A stretch of DNA of 64,000 nt from a virus (lineage: Duplodnaviria > Heunggongvirae > Uroviricota > Caudoviricetes), in IMG/VR virus record IMGVR_UViG_3300037466_001997, positions 132,142-196,141 of that record. One strand, 5' to 3'. Made by a program: the position numbers and the translations under genes. How positions within the stretch are numbered: position 1 is the first letter of the stretch; each line of letters begins with the position of its first letter. Under the pieces are notes generated by a model. It was not told the DNA's origin. It saw nothing but the letters and a program-made list of their open reading frames with translations, and did not search any database. Shown here piece by piece: positions 44,601-53,239 of this stretch.

Positions 44601-44629
44601 TTGCAAACCAAATACGACTCACATATATT
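44601..44629 (+). promoter_or_regulatory. sigma70-type promoter for the sRNA
   Basis: TTGCAA-N17-TATATT. Confidence 0.7.
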
Positions 44630-44635
44630 GTTTCC

Positions 44636-44795
44636 ATCACAGACGGTCTTCCGTACCCCCTCCTAGCGGTTATGGGATCATCCCCCTTCCCATAACCCCG
44701 TCTGTGAGGGGCGAGATAGTAGGTAAAGTCGGTTGGTAGTGTCCCCTCACAACCGTCTTGACCCATCAGTTCGAATAACTGCTATCTCGCCCCAT
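44636..44795 (+). ncRNA. candidate sRNA with three C-rich anti-Shine-Dalgarno loops
   Basis: Stems 44637-46/44698-707, 44668-77/44688-97, 44708-22/44779-93, 44730-35/44750-55; unpaired CCCCCUCCU, UCCCCCU, UCCCCUC. Confidence 0.7.
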
Positions 44796-45041
44796 TTACC
44801 TTTGCATCAGAACATTTGCGGCGGTTTCATAGCCGAACGCTAGTTCATACTGTTCGTTTGCCTTGGCAATCAGTGCCTTGGCAGAAGCCAGCAAAGGGGC
44901 AGCTTCCTTCATTGCTTCTTCTATGATTGCATCGGCTTCTTGCTGATGCACGTTTGATTCATCCAAATATTTTTGAGCTACAGTCCGCAAATTTTTTGCA
45001 GTGGAGCGGAGCGTTTCCGCTTGAACCTCGAAATCGGTCAT
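44796..45041 (-). CDS. hypothetical coiled-coil protein
   Basis: MTDFEVQ...; ATGA-type overlap with the upstream gene. Confidence 0.6.
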   Translation of the reverse strand: MTDFEVQAETLRSTAKNLRTVAQKYLDESNVHQQEADAIIEEAMKEAAPLLASAKALIAKANEQYELAFGYETAANVLMQR

Positions 45042-45388
45042 TTGTACCAGTACCAGAGAATTACCCAAATGAGCTTGCACACGATGTGCATAGCTTGATC
45101 AATGTTGTAGGCCAGATGTGGCCTGTTTCCAAAAACTTTGTCAGATTTACAGAAGTCGATGACCCAGTGGGCCGAAAATTCCATGATGGCGAACTCGACA
45201 CTGTTCATGGCCAGTCCAACAAATCCGGCATGTACAATGGCGTGTGCTGTCAGGCAATGATACCACGGAATACCCGTGATCGGTGCCAGATGGTTCTTGC
45301 CTTTGGCGAGGAAATCACCCTGTAGAGGATAATCCGCCAGAACATGAAAGAAGACTAGCAGAAGAAACAGGGTGATCGGATAAGGCAT
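45038..45388 (-). CDS. DUF3307-like membrane protein
   Basis: H..ADYPLQ, L.AH..VH, H..ID..K, DQ..H. Confidence 0.82.
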   Translation of the reverse strand: MPYPITLFLLLVFFHVLADYPLQGDFLAKGKNHLAPITGIPWYHCLTAHAIVHAGFVGLAMNSVEFAIMEFSAHWVIDFCKSDKVFGNRPHLAYNIDQAMHIVCKLIWVILWYWYK

Positions 45389-45391
45389 GGG

Positions 45392-45619
45392 TTACCGAAT
45401 CTTTCTATTCCAAATAGACATGTCAGCGATGTAAAAACAAATATGCATTATGGCGGGGATAGGCCATAGTAATGCTAGAAAAAATACAAGCACAACACGG
45501 CCATATGTGTCAGGATCATATATTTGCCACAAAATTATAACACCGATGCCGAAATAGATCAGCCCTAAGCAAATCAGTGCACCAAATAGCGGCATTATAT
45601 TGATGGAAATATCAACCAT
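45392..45619 (-). CDS. small membrane protein
   Basis: two hydrophobic helices, LWP motif. Confidence 0.6.
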   Translation of the reverse strand: MVDISINIMPLFGALICLGLIYFGIGVIILWQIYDPDTYGRVVLVFFLALLWPIPAIMHICFYIADMSIWNRKIR

Positions 45620-45783
45620 TTTCTGGTGATGCCTTCCATCCCACGATGATCACCAGTGGCCATATGCAAGCCCACAGGAACATCGCCAAGAATTCTCTCA
45701 TGTTCTTGACCCTTCCGCCAAAAACCAGCAAGAAAAGTCCAGAGATATAATACGAAACTAAAATCACAATCACTGGGTTTCAC
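45595..45783 (-). CDS. hypothetical protein
   Basis: 62-aa ORF downstream of TTGACA...TATAAT (~45803-45830). Confidence 0.45.
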   Translation of the reverse strand: MKPSDCDFSFVLYLWTFLAGFWRKGQEHERILGDVPVGLHMATGDHRGMEGITRKWLIFPSI

Positions 45784-45826
45784 CTTAGAAAGACTATTTC
45801 ATGATTATACGTTATGATAATGCCTG

Positions 45827-46045
45827 TCAAGTGGCTTCTGACAGCGTGATCGGTCCAAGTTCAATTTCCGGAGTAACACGCTTCATGAGAATAGAAACCA
45901 TAGGTTTTCCCTTTCTCTCCGCATATTCTGTCGAAATGATTTCCCAACCACCTTGGCCGAATTCATTCAGCTTAGTAACATAGGCTTGTGTATCGACTAT
46001 GTTGCCCTTTTCTACTAATTCTACTCTATATTCAAATCGCTGCAT
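45827..46045 (-). CDS. DUF4177-like protein
   Basis: FEY.V...LNE.G..GWE..S...KR. Confidence 0.75.
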   Translation of the reverse strand: MQRFEYRVELVEKGNIVDTQAYVTKLNEFGQGGWEIISTEYAERKGKPMVSILMKRVTPEIELGPITLSEAT

Positions 46046-46077
46046 CTTTTGCTCCTATACTTAATTATATAGGCGTA

Positions 46078-46449
46078 TTACCATTTTGGTGTTGGAAAAG
46101 TATCCTTGATTTCTTGAAGTTCCTTCAACATCGCTTTTCTTTCATCATAGCGACGTTTGTTCTTCTTGAAACCATCCTCGAAATAATCATACCAATACTG
46201 GTATGCGCCTAGCACTTCCCCATCCAAGGTTTTCATGAATTCTTCAATGGTCTTGAAATTCCTTGCAACTTCTTCAATCCGTGCATCTGAATCTGTCGGA
46301 CTGCTTATCAGCTTGTCGTACATAGCTTTCCATGCAAGGTCTTTCTGTGCTTCCGATGGTCGAAGCGGACTTGGCGCAGACTCGAATAACTTTTTAAACC
46401 AGCGCATTACCATGACACACGCACGATGTAGTTGCCGGGAAGAATCCAT
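46078..46449 (-). CDS. hypothetical protein
   Basis: ORF in packed operon; start uncertain. Confidence 0.55.
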   Translation of the reverse strand: MDSSRQLHRACVMVMRWFKKLFESAPSPLRPSEAQKDLAWKAMYDKLISSPTDSDARIEEVARNFKTIEEFMKTLDGEVLGAYQYWYDYFEDGFKKNKRRYDERKAMLKELQEIKDTFPTPKW

Positions 46450-46718
46450 CCCTTATTACACATGTCGTTCAAAACTGTGCTAAGTCCCCAAATCTCGACA
46501 TTACCATTTTTCAAAATTTTCTCGATGTCATCGCCATGGAATTGATCAAGCTCACCGTCTATGGTCATTTCATGGGATGTGTCGTTCGAAGCCTCTAGAT
46601 TGCCTTCGAAGTTGGAAAGATTATATTTTTCAGCGATGAAGTCATTGAGATTGAAGATATCGACGTGCCAAACTGCCTTGGAAGAAAAAATCTGTGGTTG
46701 TTCCAAAATTAAATCCAT
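46407..46718 (-). CDS. conserved phage hypothetical protein
   Basis: SND..H...L..L...G....GNY...VSW ending; promoter upstream. Confidence 0.65.
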   Translation of the reverse strand: MDLILEQPQIFSSKAVWHVDIFNLNDFIAEKYNLSNFEGNLEASNDTSHEMTIDGELDQFHGDDIEKILKNGNVEIWGLSTVLNDMCNKGWILPGNYIVRVSW

Positions 46719-46775
46719 ATGTGAGAAAATTGATAATTCCCCACATATGCCACATGATTGACAGAATGTCAATAC

Positions 46776-47105
46776 CTATTTGTATTTACCCGAATTCATA
46801 ACCGACGCCATCTGGTGCCGCTGCATATCAGCTACCAGTTCTTGCGTCATCGCCTTGGTATAGGCCAGTTGTCCGCCGAAATATACACAGGCATGTTGAA
46901 GGTCAGAGACAACCACCGTTTGTGCAGTGGTGAATGCCTGTCCACCAATGCCACCAAACCCAAGCGCCGTGCTACTCCACGTTTGCGGGAAAGAATACAC
47001 TTCGACATCGTGCAAAGTCGGTCGTCTGGATTTGCCACGATCTTCTATGTTCGGCAAATCTTTGAGAAGTGCCGAATAGATCGACGTGGCGATAACATCA
47101 AGCAT
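46776..47105 (-). CDS. conserved phage hypothetical protein
   Basis: FPQTWSSTALGFGGIGGQAFT.A.T.V motif. Confidence 0.7.
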   Translation of the reverse strand: MLDVIATSIYSALLKDLPNIEDRGKSRRPTLHDVEVYSFPQTWSSTALGFGGIGGQAFTTAQTVVVSDLQHACVYFGGQLAYTKAMTQELVADMQRHQMASVMNSGKYK

Positions 47106-47412
47106 TGTTTTCCTCTGGTGGGAAGAAATCTTCCGGAAGAAGTTCTGTCGAAGCTTCACCAGTCTGTAAAAAACGAACCTTTTGGAAAGTTATCGTATAA
47201 CCATCCACGTCATATTGCATGTAGCTGATTTGTTGCTGTCTTAGTGACTTGGTTTGATCGCCAAGCTTTTGGTCCAACAGCCATTCCCGATAACGGGTGC
47301 CTTCCGAGAACCCCAGTTTCGGAAGCAGGCATAGACCAATGAATATGCCCAATGCTATCATGGCGAGCAGGACGACAACCAAGCATACGATTTCCAGCAC
47401 AAGCCAGCCCAT
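47098..47412 (-). CDS. membrane protein
   Basis: N-terminal TM helix; AAGGA RBS. Confidence 0.6.
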   Translation of the reverse strand: MGWLVLEIVCLVVVLLAMIALGIFIGLCLLPKLGFSEGTRYREWLLDQKLGDQTKSLRQQQISYMQYDVDGYTITFQKVRFLQTGEASTELLPEDFFPPEENNA

Positions 47413-47446
47413 GGCTAATCCTTTGTTGTTGAACCTTCGGTGATGG

Positions 47447-47644
47447 TCACAGGCGAAACCCCCAATAGATAGGCCAGATAAGACCGGCGAAAGCCGAATC
47501 CTTCAAGTTCGTTCGAACGCATTGCCCCAACGGAACTGTTCCACACGAATCATGATGGAACGGAATGGCGAAGTCAAATGTCAACACCGCACCCAAAAGA
47601 TACAGCAAAAACAATCCCTTAAGCGCTATCGACATGGCACACAC
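47447..47644 (-). CDS. small membrane protein
   Basis: hydrophobic, WPIYW ending. Confidence 0.55.
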   Translation of the reverse strand: MCAMSIALKGLFLLYLLGAVLTFDFAIPFHHDSCGTVPLGQCVRTNLKDSAFAGLIWPIYWGFRL

Positions 47645-47835
47645 GCTGTCATATCGTATTCATCGAACACCACTTCTTCGACCGCATAGGGAGGCCCGTC
47701 AAACCAGCTACTGTCAGGACGATTGATCAGTATGGCCACGATAACACGAGTCCCTATGTCTGTGCAGCGCCATCGGCTACGCCAACGGGGTTCAGAAATA
47801 AATTCTTCACCAATTTTGAAATCATCTTTGATCAC
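47626..47835 (-). CDS. hypothetical protein
   Basis: F.IG.EF...WRCTDIGTR....WF.GPPYAV.E.VFDEYD; GTG start inferred. Confidence 0.6.
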   Translation of the reverse strand: MIKDDFKIGEEFISEPRWRSRWRCTDIGTRVIVAILINRPDSSWFDGPPYAVEEVVFDEYDMTACVPCR

Positions 47836-47943
47836 GGAAACCACCCAAACAGATGCCAGAAAACACCATGGCCGGTGATGGCCATGATGGTTGTGTTGGT
47901 CACGACTCCAACTGCCATGCAGAGGAAGAACGATTGCCACATG

Positions 47944-48246
47944 TTATTCAACCGTCGATGGAACCTTGTTGGTATTGGCATCCATGCGGGCTTTGGCGAT
48001 CTTGTCGAAATTGTCTTCGATCAGTTCACCAAGCTTGGTGATGATTTGTGCACGGCGAGTTTGGTTGCCGCCGTCCGTCAGAAGACCATAACGAAAGAAA
48101 TTGTCCAGTTCGCCACGAACCGAACCAATGATGCCTTTCAGGCGATTGGTTCGCTCGATTGCCCTGTCAACGGCTGTAGCATCACTGGCATTCTGATGCA
48201 TAGAGCCATCCTTGGCTTTAAACATCGTGACTGTGACTTGTTCCAT
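47944..48246 (-). CDS. hypothetical protein
   Basis: 100 aa; AAGGG RBS; promoter TTGATT-N17-TATATG upstream. Confidence 0.65.
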   Translation of the reverse strand: MEQVTVTMFKAKDGSMHQNASDATAVDRAIERTNRLKGIIGSVRGELDNFFRYGLLTDGGNQTRRAQIITKLGELIEDNFDKIAKARMDANTNKVPSTVE

Positions 48247-48307
48247 TGGGTTGTGTCCCTTTCTCTACATTGTCACGCATATAGCGTTAACTTATAGGAA
48301 AATCAAG

Positions 48308-48520
48308 CTATTTCTTGATTTCCCCGGATTGAAGTTTGACCAGATATCGGATGGTCTGTGAAAGAGTGGGCCTGAACCCAAACTGTTCCACCAGTTCATC
48401 CGCCATGGAATTGAGTGTTTCCACCAAGTCCCCATCGACTGTGATGTTTTTATATTTCTTTTTGTCGTCATCATCCGATTTGGATTTTTGCATTTTCGAA
48501 ACCTTCGCATCAAAGGACAT
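48308..48520 (-). CDS. small ribbon-helix-helix-like DNA-binding protein
   Basis: KYKNITVD.DL...L....  ...TLSQTIRYL pattern. Confidence 0.55.
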   Translation of the reverse strand: MSFDAKVSKMQKSKSDDDDKKKYKNITVDGDLVETLNSMADELVEQFGFRPTLSQTIRYLVKLQSGEIKK

Positions 48521-48708
48521 CAGTGCACCGTCCCCGTTTCAGCGAACGGGTTCAGGTATTCGCCGGGATACTGGCTTGCCCGCACATACTGGTAAGCCTT
48601 CTTGACGTAATTTTCGAACGGTTCCCGTTCCGTGGGATCACGCCGAAGATATTCCGAGCGGGCAATCAGCGTTGCCCGCTTATCGAGTTCAGTCCAAGCC
48701 GGATTCAT
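48520..48708 (-). CDS. hypothetical protein
   Basis: 62 aa, GAGGG RBS. Confidence 0.6.
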   Translation of the reverse strand: MNPAWTELDKRATLIARSEYLRRDPTEREPFENYVKKAYQYVRASQYPGEYLNPFAETGTVH

Positions 48709-48717
48709 ATTCGTCCC

Positions 48718-49329
48718 TCACAGAAACATCGTGGCATACTTCGAATTGAAGATTGCCCAGTAATTGATTGCGTTGAATTTCAGATTTTTGAGCGCCCGCT
48801 TGGCCTTCGAATATTTGATCTTGGCCTTCACGTCCACATCAAGGTTCTTGGTGTAGGTCCACACCACATTTTTGAAACGGCCCTTTTCGTCCCTTTCATC
48901 GTCCAGAGCCACGCCACACTTGGTAGCCTTCGTCAGCGACCATTCCGAATAGCCGGTTCCATAGGTGCGTTCAGCACCAATCCAGAACACCTTGCCGGTC
49001 TTACCCTTGTCGGCCTTTTTGCCCCGAGCGATCACGACCGTATCGCCCTTTTCCGGAACAGCAAGGTCTTTCAGGAATTTGGCCCAGATGATCTTGCGCA
49101 TGTATTTGTAAGCGTATTCCGCCGCCTTTGCCGTCGATTCCGGCGTGGCATCAACACGGGCCGAACCGCCACCACCGTAGCGAGTCGAATTGTAATAGAA
49201 CTTGGTGAGCGACTTGGTGTCTTCATCCCATGCGATCACATAGAAATCCGAATCGTGGTAACCATTTTCCTCACGTTCCATGATCACGCCGCCGTCGAAC
49301 TTCACTTCACCACCAAGCAGTACCGCCAT
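48718..49329 (-). CDS. basic early protein with KOW-like motif
   Basis: KGDTVVIARGKK.DKGKTGKVFW; AGGAGG RBS; own promoter. Confidence 0.7.
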   Translation of the reverse strand: MAVLLGGEVKFDGGVIMEREENGYHDSDFYVIAWDEDTKSLTKFYYNSTRYGGGGSARVDATPESTAKAAEYAYKYMRKIIWAKFLKDLAVPEKGDTVVIARGKKADKGKTGKVFWIGAERTYGTGYSEWSLTKATKCGVALDDERDEKGRFKNVVWTYTKNLDVDVKAKIKYSKAKRALKNLKFNAINYWAIFNSKYATMFL

Positions 49330-49358
49330 CGAACCCTCCTAAAATCATCTTCAACTCT

Positions 49359-49387
49359 CATATATCGAAACTATTCGAGAATGTCAA
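49359..49387 (-). promoter_or_regulatory. early promoter
   Basis: TTGACA-TTCTCGAATAGTTTCGA-TATATG. Confidence 0.75.
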
Positions 49388-49434
49388 CGGATAATTTGAG
49401 AAAAGTCCAGTGAAAAATGAGAGACAAGAAACGC

Positions 49435-49975
49435 TTGCAAATGGCCGAACAAATGGGTATCCAGACCCAAAATCCATTGTCCGGTGTTCAACGTGTTCTC
49501 CAACCGTCTGCCGGACAACGCCGCCCCTGCGAACGCCCTATGCCCATCCCGGCAAAAAAGTGATCGCAGGGGCGGTTGATTTTTGTGTGGGGTGATCTAG
49601 ATCAAAAGTGTCAAGGCATGGTGCCTTGATTCGTCCAGAGAGCCATTGCATCCCCGTGCAATGGCAAGCCCGTGGGGTATTCATCCACCCCAAGCCAGCG
49701 CCCCACGGGCTACTTTTCTTCTTGACAGAATCATCCTGTGTGGTTAGACAATTTCCTCATAGCCAGAGCTTTCCGGCTATGATCACAAGAACTTAAACCC
49801 CGCTTATCCTGAGTGTTTCTAACGCCGATTGATTCATGCAGGATAAAGCGGGGATTTTTTGTGACTTGATTTTCCCCAGATATGCGCTAAAAAGAATTGT
49901 CCGGTGATCGGATAACCCATGAAGGGTTGGCAAAGGGAGGGTCGCCGGTTTATTTCCTACCCACGGCGACCCTTT
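49435..49975 (+). ncRNA. tandem cluster of ~4 candidate small RNAs (promoter-hairpin-hairpin-U tract units)
   Basis: Promoters TTGCAA-N17-TATCCA (49435), TTGACA-N17-TAGACA (49722), TTGATT (49866); GC-rich stems with long C-rich loops, each followed by a T run; no convincing ORF. Confidence 0.55.
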
Positions 49976-49984
49976 CTCGTATGT

Positions 49985-50017
49985 AAAAACCCCGCCAGCC
50001 TTTCGACCAGCGGGGTT
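49985..50017 (-). terminator. terminator for the minus-strand early operon
   Basis: AACCCCGC/GCGGGGTT hairpin followed by a T run on the - strand. Confidence 0.6.
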
Positions 50018-50069
50018 CTCACCGATCCCATTCAAGGTGGCTCGTTCACCTTGTCAGGATGTTTCGTGT

Positions 50070-50279
50070 CTAATCTTGTGGGTCCAGATTGTCAAGATAA
50101 TTTTTGAGCTTGCTTCGAATGCTATTTGAAAGCAAGGCAAATTCGACCAAGGTTACATCACCACGATTGGCGATTCTCGACAAAATCTGTCCGGCACGGT
50201 TCAGATGATAGTCGGCATCCTTTCGCAACTCTGCGATATCACTGGAAGTCAGTGATGTTCCGGCTGAACCGTAGCTCAT
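50070..50279 (-). CDS. hypothetical protein
   Basis: MSYGSAG start in TAATG overlap. Confidence 0.55.
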   Translation of the reverse strand: MSYGSAGTSLTSSDIAELRKDADYHLNRAGQILSRIANRGDVTLVEFALLSNSIRSKLKNYLDNLDPQD

Positions 50280-50566
50280 TATCGCCTCACAAACACGACA
50301 ACCGCCGAATTCTTCCACATGACCCCTTGGATATCCCACCCAAGGTTGTGAAGCTGCTTGGCGGGAACATTAGCGAAATCCACTTCATCATTGTTGTTGG
50401 CGGTCAGGCAAAGCAGAGCTTGCGACATGTCACCAACAGCGTTGGAATAGTCGAACAGGTCGGTTTCCCAACAGAAGAAAAATGGTTCGTTGGGATTTCC
50501 ACCCACACTTTCGACCAACTTTTTCAAGCGGTCTGAATTCTTTGAATTCTTCGTATACAGTCTCAT
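50279..50566 (-). CDS. hypothetical protein
   Basis: 95 aa; GAGGG RBS; own promoter. Confidence 0.65.
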   Translation of the reverse strand: MRLYTKNSKNSDRLKKLVESVGGNPNEPFFFCWETDLFDYSNAVGDMSQALLCLTANNNDEVDFANVPAKQLHNLGWDIQGVMWKNSAVVVFVRR

Positions 50567-50589
50567 GACACCCTCTCGATTACATTTTC

Positions 50590-50618
50590 TATATAATCGA
50601 GATATTCGAGAATGTCAA
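50590..50618 (-). promoter_or_regulatory. early promoter
   Basis: TTGACA-TTCTCGAATATCTCGAT-TATATA. Confidence 0.75.
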
Positions 50619-50983
50619 GTGTCCATCACGATATCAATTGAAACCAGTTCATAGTCTTCAACCACACCAGCTTCATTGACCTTGCCGATACCTCGAATCG
50701 CCGTTCGCAATCCAACTTTGGCCGCATCCATTTCGTGCACAATGTTTCCAGTCGGTGTGTCGAGCGTTCGCACCGTGCCAATCATCTTACCATCCTCGAA
50801 ACGGATGTTTTCCACGATATGCGAAATTCTGTCTGGGGAAAGGCGCAACTCAACGCCTTGCCCAATCTCGCCATAGACACCGCTTGCCAGTTTTTTCACA
50901 CTGGCTTCCAAATCTTCCTGCTTATAGATTCGGCCTATCCTGTCCACCAGCCCGGCTTCCAAGATCGTGAAATCTTTTTTCAT
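50615..50983 (-). CDS. prohead protease (gp21)-like paralogue, catalytic residues apparently lost
   Basis: GRIY, YGEIGQ (vs GEL.HP), DRISH, G....LDTP.G.I, AIRGIG (vs SSRG.G), DY.L...DIV. Confidence 0.7.
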   Translation of the reverse strand: MKKDFTILEAGLVDRIGRIYKQEDLEASVKKLASGVYGEIGQGVELRLSPDRISHIVENIRFEDGKMIGTVRTLDTPTGNIVHEMDAAKVGLRTAIRGIGKVNEAGVVEDYELVSIDIVMDT

Positions 50984-51299
50984 TAATTTTTTCCATTGCT
51001 TCGTATCGGTCGGCAAGATCGGAAAATTTTGTGATTCCAAACAATGCCTGTGTGTGTTGACGGCTCATGCCTGTGAGACGAACCAAAGGTGTTCTTTCCC
51101 TATCCGTTCGGTCATATCCTTCGGCATATTCCAAGTCCCCATCAGAAGGCCCGGCCCGCAAGATGGAATTCGTCACTCTGGGATCATGCGAATGCATGAA
51201 CTGGGTGACGGCACATCCGAACGAATTTATCGGATTGTATGTGTCATCGCCACGGGAGCGGCAATATTCCAAAAAATCTTTGACTGAAAAATTTTTCAT
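50922..51299 (-). CDS. hypothetical protein
   Basis: 125-aa ORF, FL.....Y......CA..QF. Confidence 0.6.
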   Translation of the reverse strand: MKNFSVKDFLEYCRSRGDDTYNPINSFGCAVTQFMHSHDPRVTNSILRAGPSDGDLEYAEGYDRTDRERTPLVRLTGMSRQHTQALFGITKFSDLADRYEAMEKINEKRFHDLGSRAGGQDRPNL

Positions 51300-51505
51300 T
51301 CGAACACTCCACTATCCAAACCCCAACAACCGACGCTCGAATTGCCTTGGCCATACGCCTTGGTGTTTTCGTCGGCAAGAAGATCACGCCAGTAATGGCA
51401 TTTGGCTGGCGTGTCAAAGACTTCCGGATACACTTTTTGCTGCACATTCCCAACATCAGAACCATGCAGAGTTGTATATACAGATATGATGATTATCCAG
51501 TGCAT
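51296..51505 (-). CDS. small exported protein with Cys pair
   Basis: MHWIIII signal; F.T...C ... C. Confidence 0.55.
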   Translation of the reverse strand: MHWIIIISVYTTLHGSDVGNVQQKVYPEVFDTPAKCHYWRDLLADENTKAYGQGNSSVGCWGLDSGVFE

Positions 51506-51506
51506 C

Positions 51507-51710
51507 CTAGAAGCTCCAATAGTGAGTCGGCGGGCCGCTGTCATGACCATACCAGAAAGCGGTTCCATCACCCTTTATCATACATTTCGTTGGCTTGGGA
51601 TTGTTCTTCGATTTCATGATCAGCGGCTGATCGAACAACGAAAAATTTTCGTCAATCTCTATCCAGTGTGGAACGTGTCTGGGATAGGTCTTGTCACCAA
51701 CTTGATACAT
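51507..51710 (-). CDS. hypothetical protein
   Basis: 67 aa, PTHYW end. Confidence 0.55.
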   Translation of the reverse strand: MYQVGDKTYPRHVPHWIEIDENFSLFDQPLIMKSKNNPKPTKCMIKGDGTAFWYGHDSGPPTHYWSF

Positions 51711-52282
51711 CAGTCTATTACCTCTGGCAAAGAATTGATGAAATCCTTTGTGACGGCATTCAGCGTCTCAATTTTTGTCTCATAGTCACTGAACAGAGTT
51801 TCTTCTGAATATTCAGCGCCTTCCCGAAACCAATAGCCGACAATCGGCAAATCTTTTCGGTTATCAACAACGTCGAAGATCGAATCCGGAAGCCCGACAG
51901 CTTTCAAAGCGTCCATAAACTTTGGTCTGTCCCCACTATTTTCACGCCAAATTTTGTTGAACAAATCGACGTTTTCGCATTGCAGCTTGGTCATGACTCT
52001 GGCTTCAAAGACCGTGCAGCCTTTGATGTTCCTCTCGACACGTAACCAAGGTGCGCCCCGGATTTGGAAACGCATCTTTTCCCATTCCCCGATTTCTTCA
52101 TTCAGGGAATCGATCCATATCCAAAAACATCGCTTGCCGTCGATTGTGCACTCACCATAATATGGTTGCCCATCCCAACTAAACCATTTTGTTAAATTGA
52201 CAGGCGGTTCTATCTGTGGCTGGAAATCGGCCCGTCGCCTGTCCGATAGTTCAACCGAACCAAACATCACGATACCAGCCAC
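51710..52282 (-). CDS. hypothetical protein
   Basis: 190-aa ORF in packed operon. Confidence 0.65.
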   Translation of the reverse strand: MAGIVMFGSVELSDRRRADFQPQIEPPVNLTKWFSWDGQPYYGECTIDGKRCFWIWIDSLNEEIGEWEKMRFQIRGAPWLRVERNIKGCTVFEARVMTKLQCENVDLFNKIWRENSGDRPKFMDALKAVGLPDSIFDVVDNRKDLPIVGYWFREGAEYSEETLFSDYETKIETLNAVTKDFINSLPEVID

Positions 52283-52641
52283 TGTTCCAAGCCACGGGCG
52301 ATCAATTCCAATACCATATCGTTTGTCGTCTTGCCAGAACGAACGGCGGCACCCTGAATCATGGAAAAAATTTCTTTTTCCATAAAAATTGGTTGCGCCA
52401 CACTGGTTTTCTTGGATTCGGTCAAAGCCTTGGTCAAGGCATTGTTCAGCTTGTCGGCAGCGCTATAAAGCGTCTTGGCCTTTTCCTGATTGGTGTTTAT
52501 CTTTCCCGGTTCCGGCGTGAACGGCTTCTTTTCGTCTTCCGCCTTCGCCCGCTTGGCAGCACGAATGGCAGCGGCACGAACCGCTCTTATCTCGTAATAG
52601 GAAAGCGTTACCGGAACTTCAACGTTGGCGATATCACTCAT
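52267..52641 (-). CDS. hypothetical protein, possible C-terminal RHH DNA-binding domain
   Basis: C-terminal I...A.RSGKT.N..V..LI.RGL. Confidence 0.6.
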   Translation of the reverse strand: MSDIANVEVPVTLSYYEIRAVRAAAIRAAKRAKAEDEKKPFTPEPGKINTNQEKAKTLYSAADKLNNALTKALTESKKTSVAQPIFMEKEIFSMIQGAAVRSGKTTNDMVLELIARGLEQWLVS

Positions 52642-52922
52642 TCGACTGCCATCACAGGTTGTTCAAAGATGTTGATGATTTCCGTTTCCGACGCCGGATA
52701 AAATCCATCGCCGGGACAGACATAAAAATTTCCAAACGAGTCGGCCCAAGAAATTTCGCCATTCGGTCCCCTGCCTTCGGCAACCATGGCAATCCGGGCA
52801 GGAACCTTGCCGACACGGACAAAGCCGAATCGTCCAGTGAGCTTGTAGGTGACGCCACGAAACGTGCCCGTCACATAGAATTGCCGCCCCTTGACGGTCA
52901 CGCATTTACCGAAATCGGTCAT
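52638..52922 (-). CDS. hypothetical protein
   Basis: 94 aa; ATGA overlaps. Confidence 0.6.
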   Translation of the reverse strand: MTDFGKCVTVKGRQFYVTGTFRGVTYKLTGRFGFVRVGKVPARIAMVAEGRGPNGEISWADSFGNFYVCPGDGFYPASETEIINIFEQPVMAVE

Positions 52923-53239
52923 GACAATCTCTCTATCGTTTTGTCAATCAAATCCAGCACTTCGGCATGGGTCCGGTTTTTGTCGTCATTCCAAGCTAAT
53001 AGATCGGTTGTCGCCCCAAATTCGCCAAGCCCTAGGGTGTCGCACAAGGCTTTCCGCAACGAACTGTATTGGATAAACCCATCCGAAACATAGGACATGC
53101 CGCCCGCCAGACACCAGCAAGAACCTTCCTCGATATCGCAACGGTCACCAGCGATATCTCTGGCGAATTCGCCCTTCGTCCAGTGCTTTTCGGGAGCGAG
53201 CAATCCACGCAATGTTTTTAGATTATCGATGACGGTCAT
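52919..53239 (-). CDS. CxC/ND/H paralogue 1 (DUF6197-like)
   Basis: HWTKG..ARD, CWCL.G, WND...RTHAEV..LID..I. Confidence 0.75.
   Translation of the reverse strand: MTVIDNLKTLRGLLAPEKHWTKGEFARDIAGDRCDIEEGSCWCLAGGMSYVSDGFIQYSSLRKALCDTLGLGEFGATTDLLAWNDDKNRTHAEVLDLIDKTIERLS

Noticed and set aside
44579-44766. N-terminal part of the 106-aa - strand ORF 44446-44766
   Set aside because: Overlaps the structured sRNA; RBS and lipobox support a TTG start at 44577.
48523-49413. 296-aa + strand ORF
   Set aside because: Shadow of - strand genes that have clear promoter and RBS.
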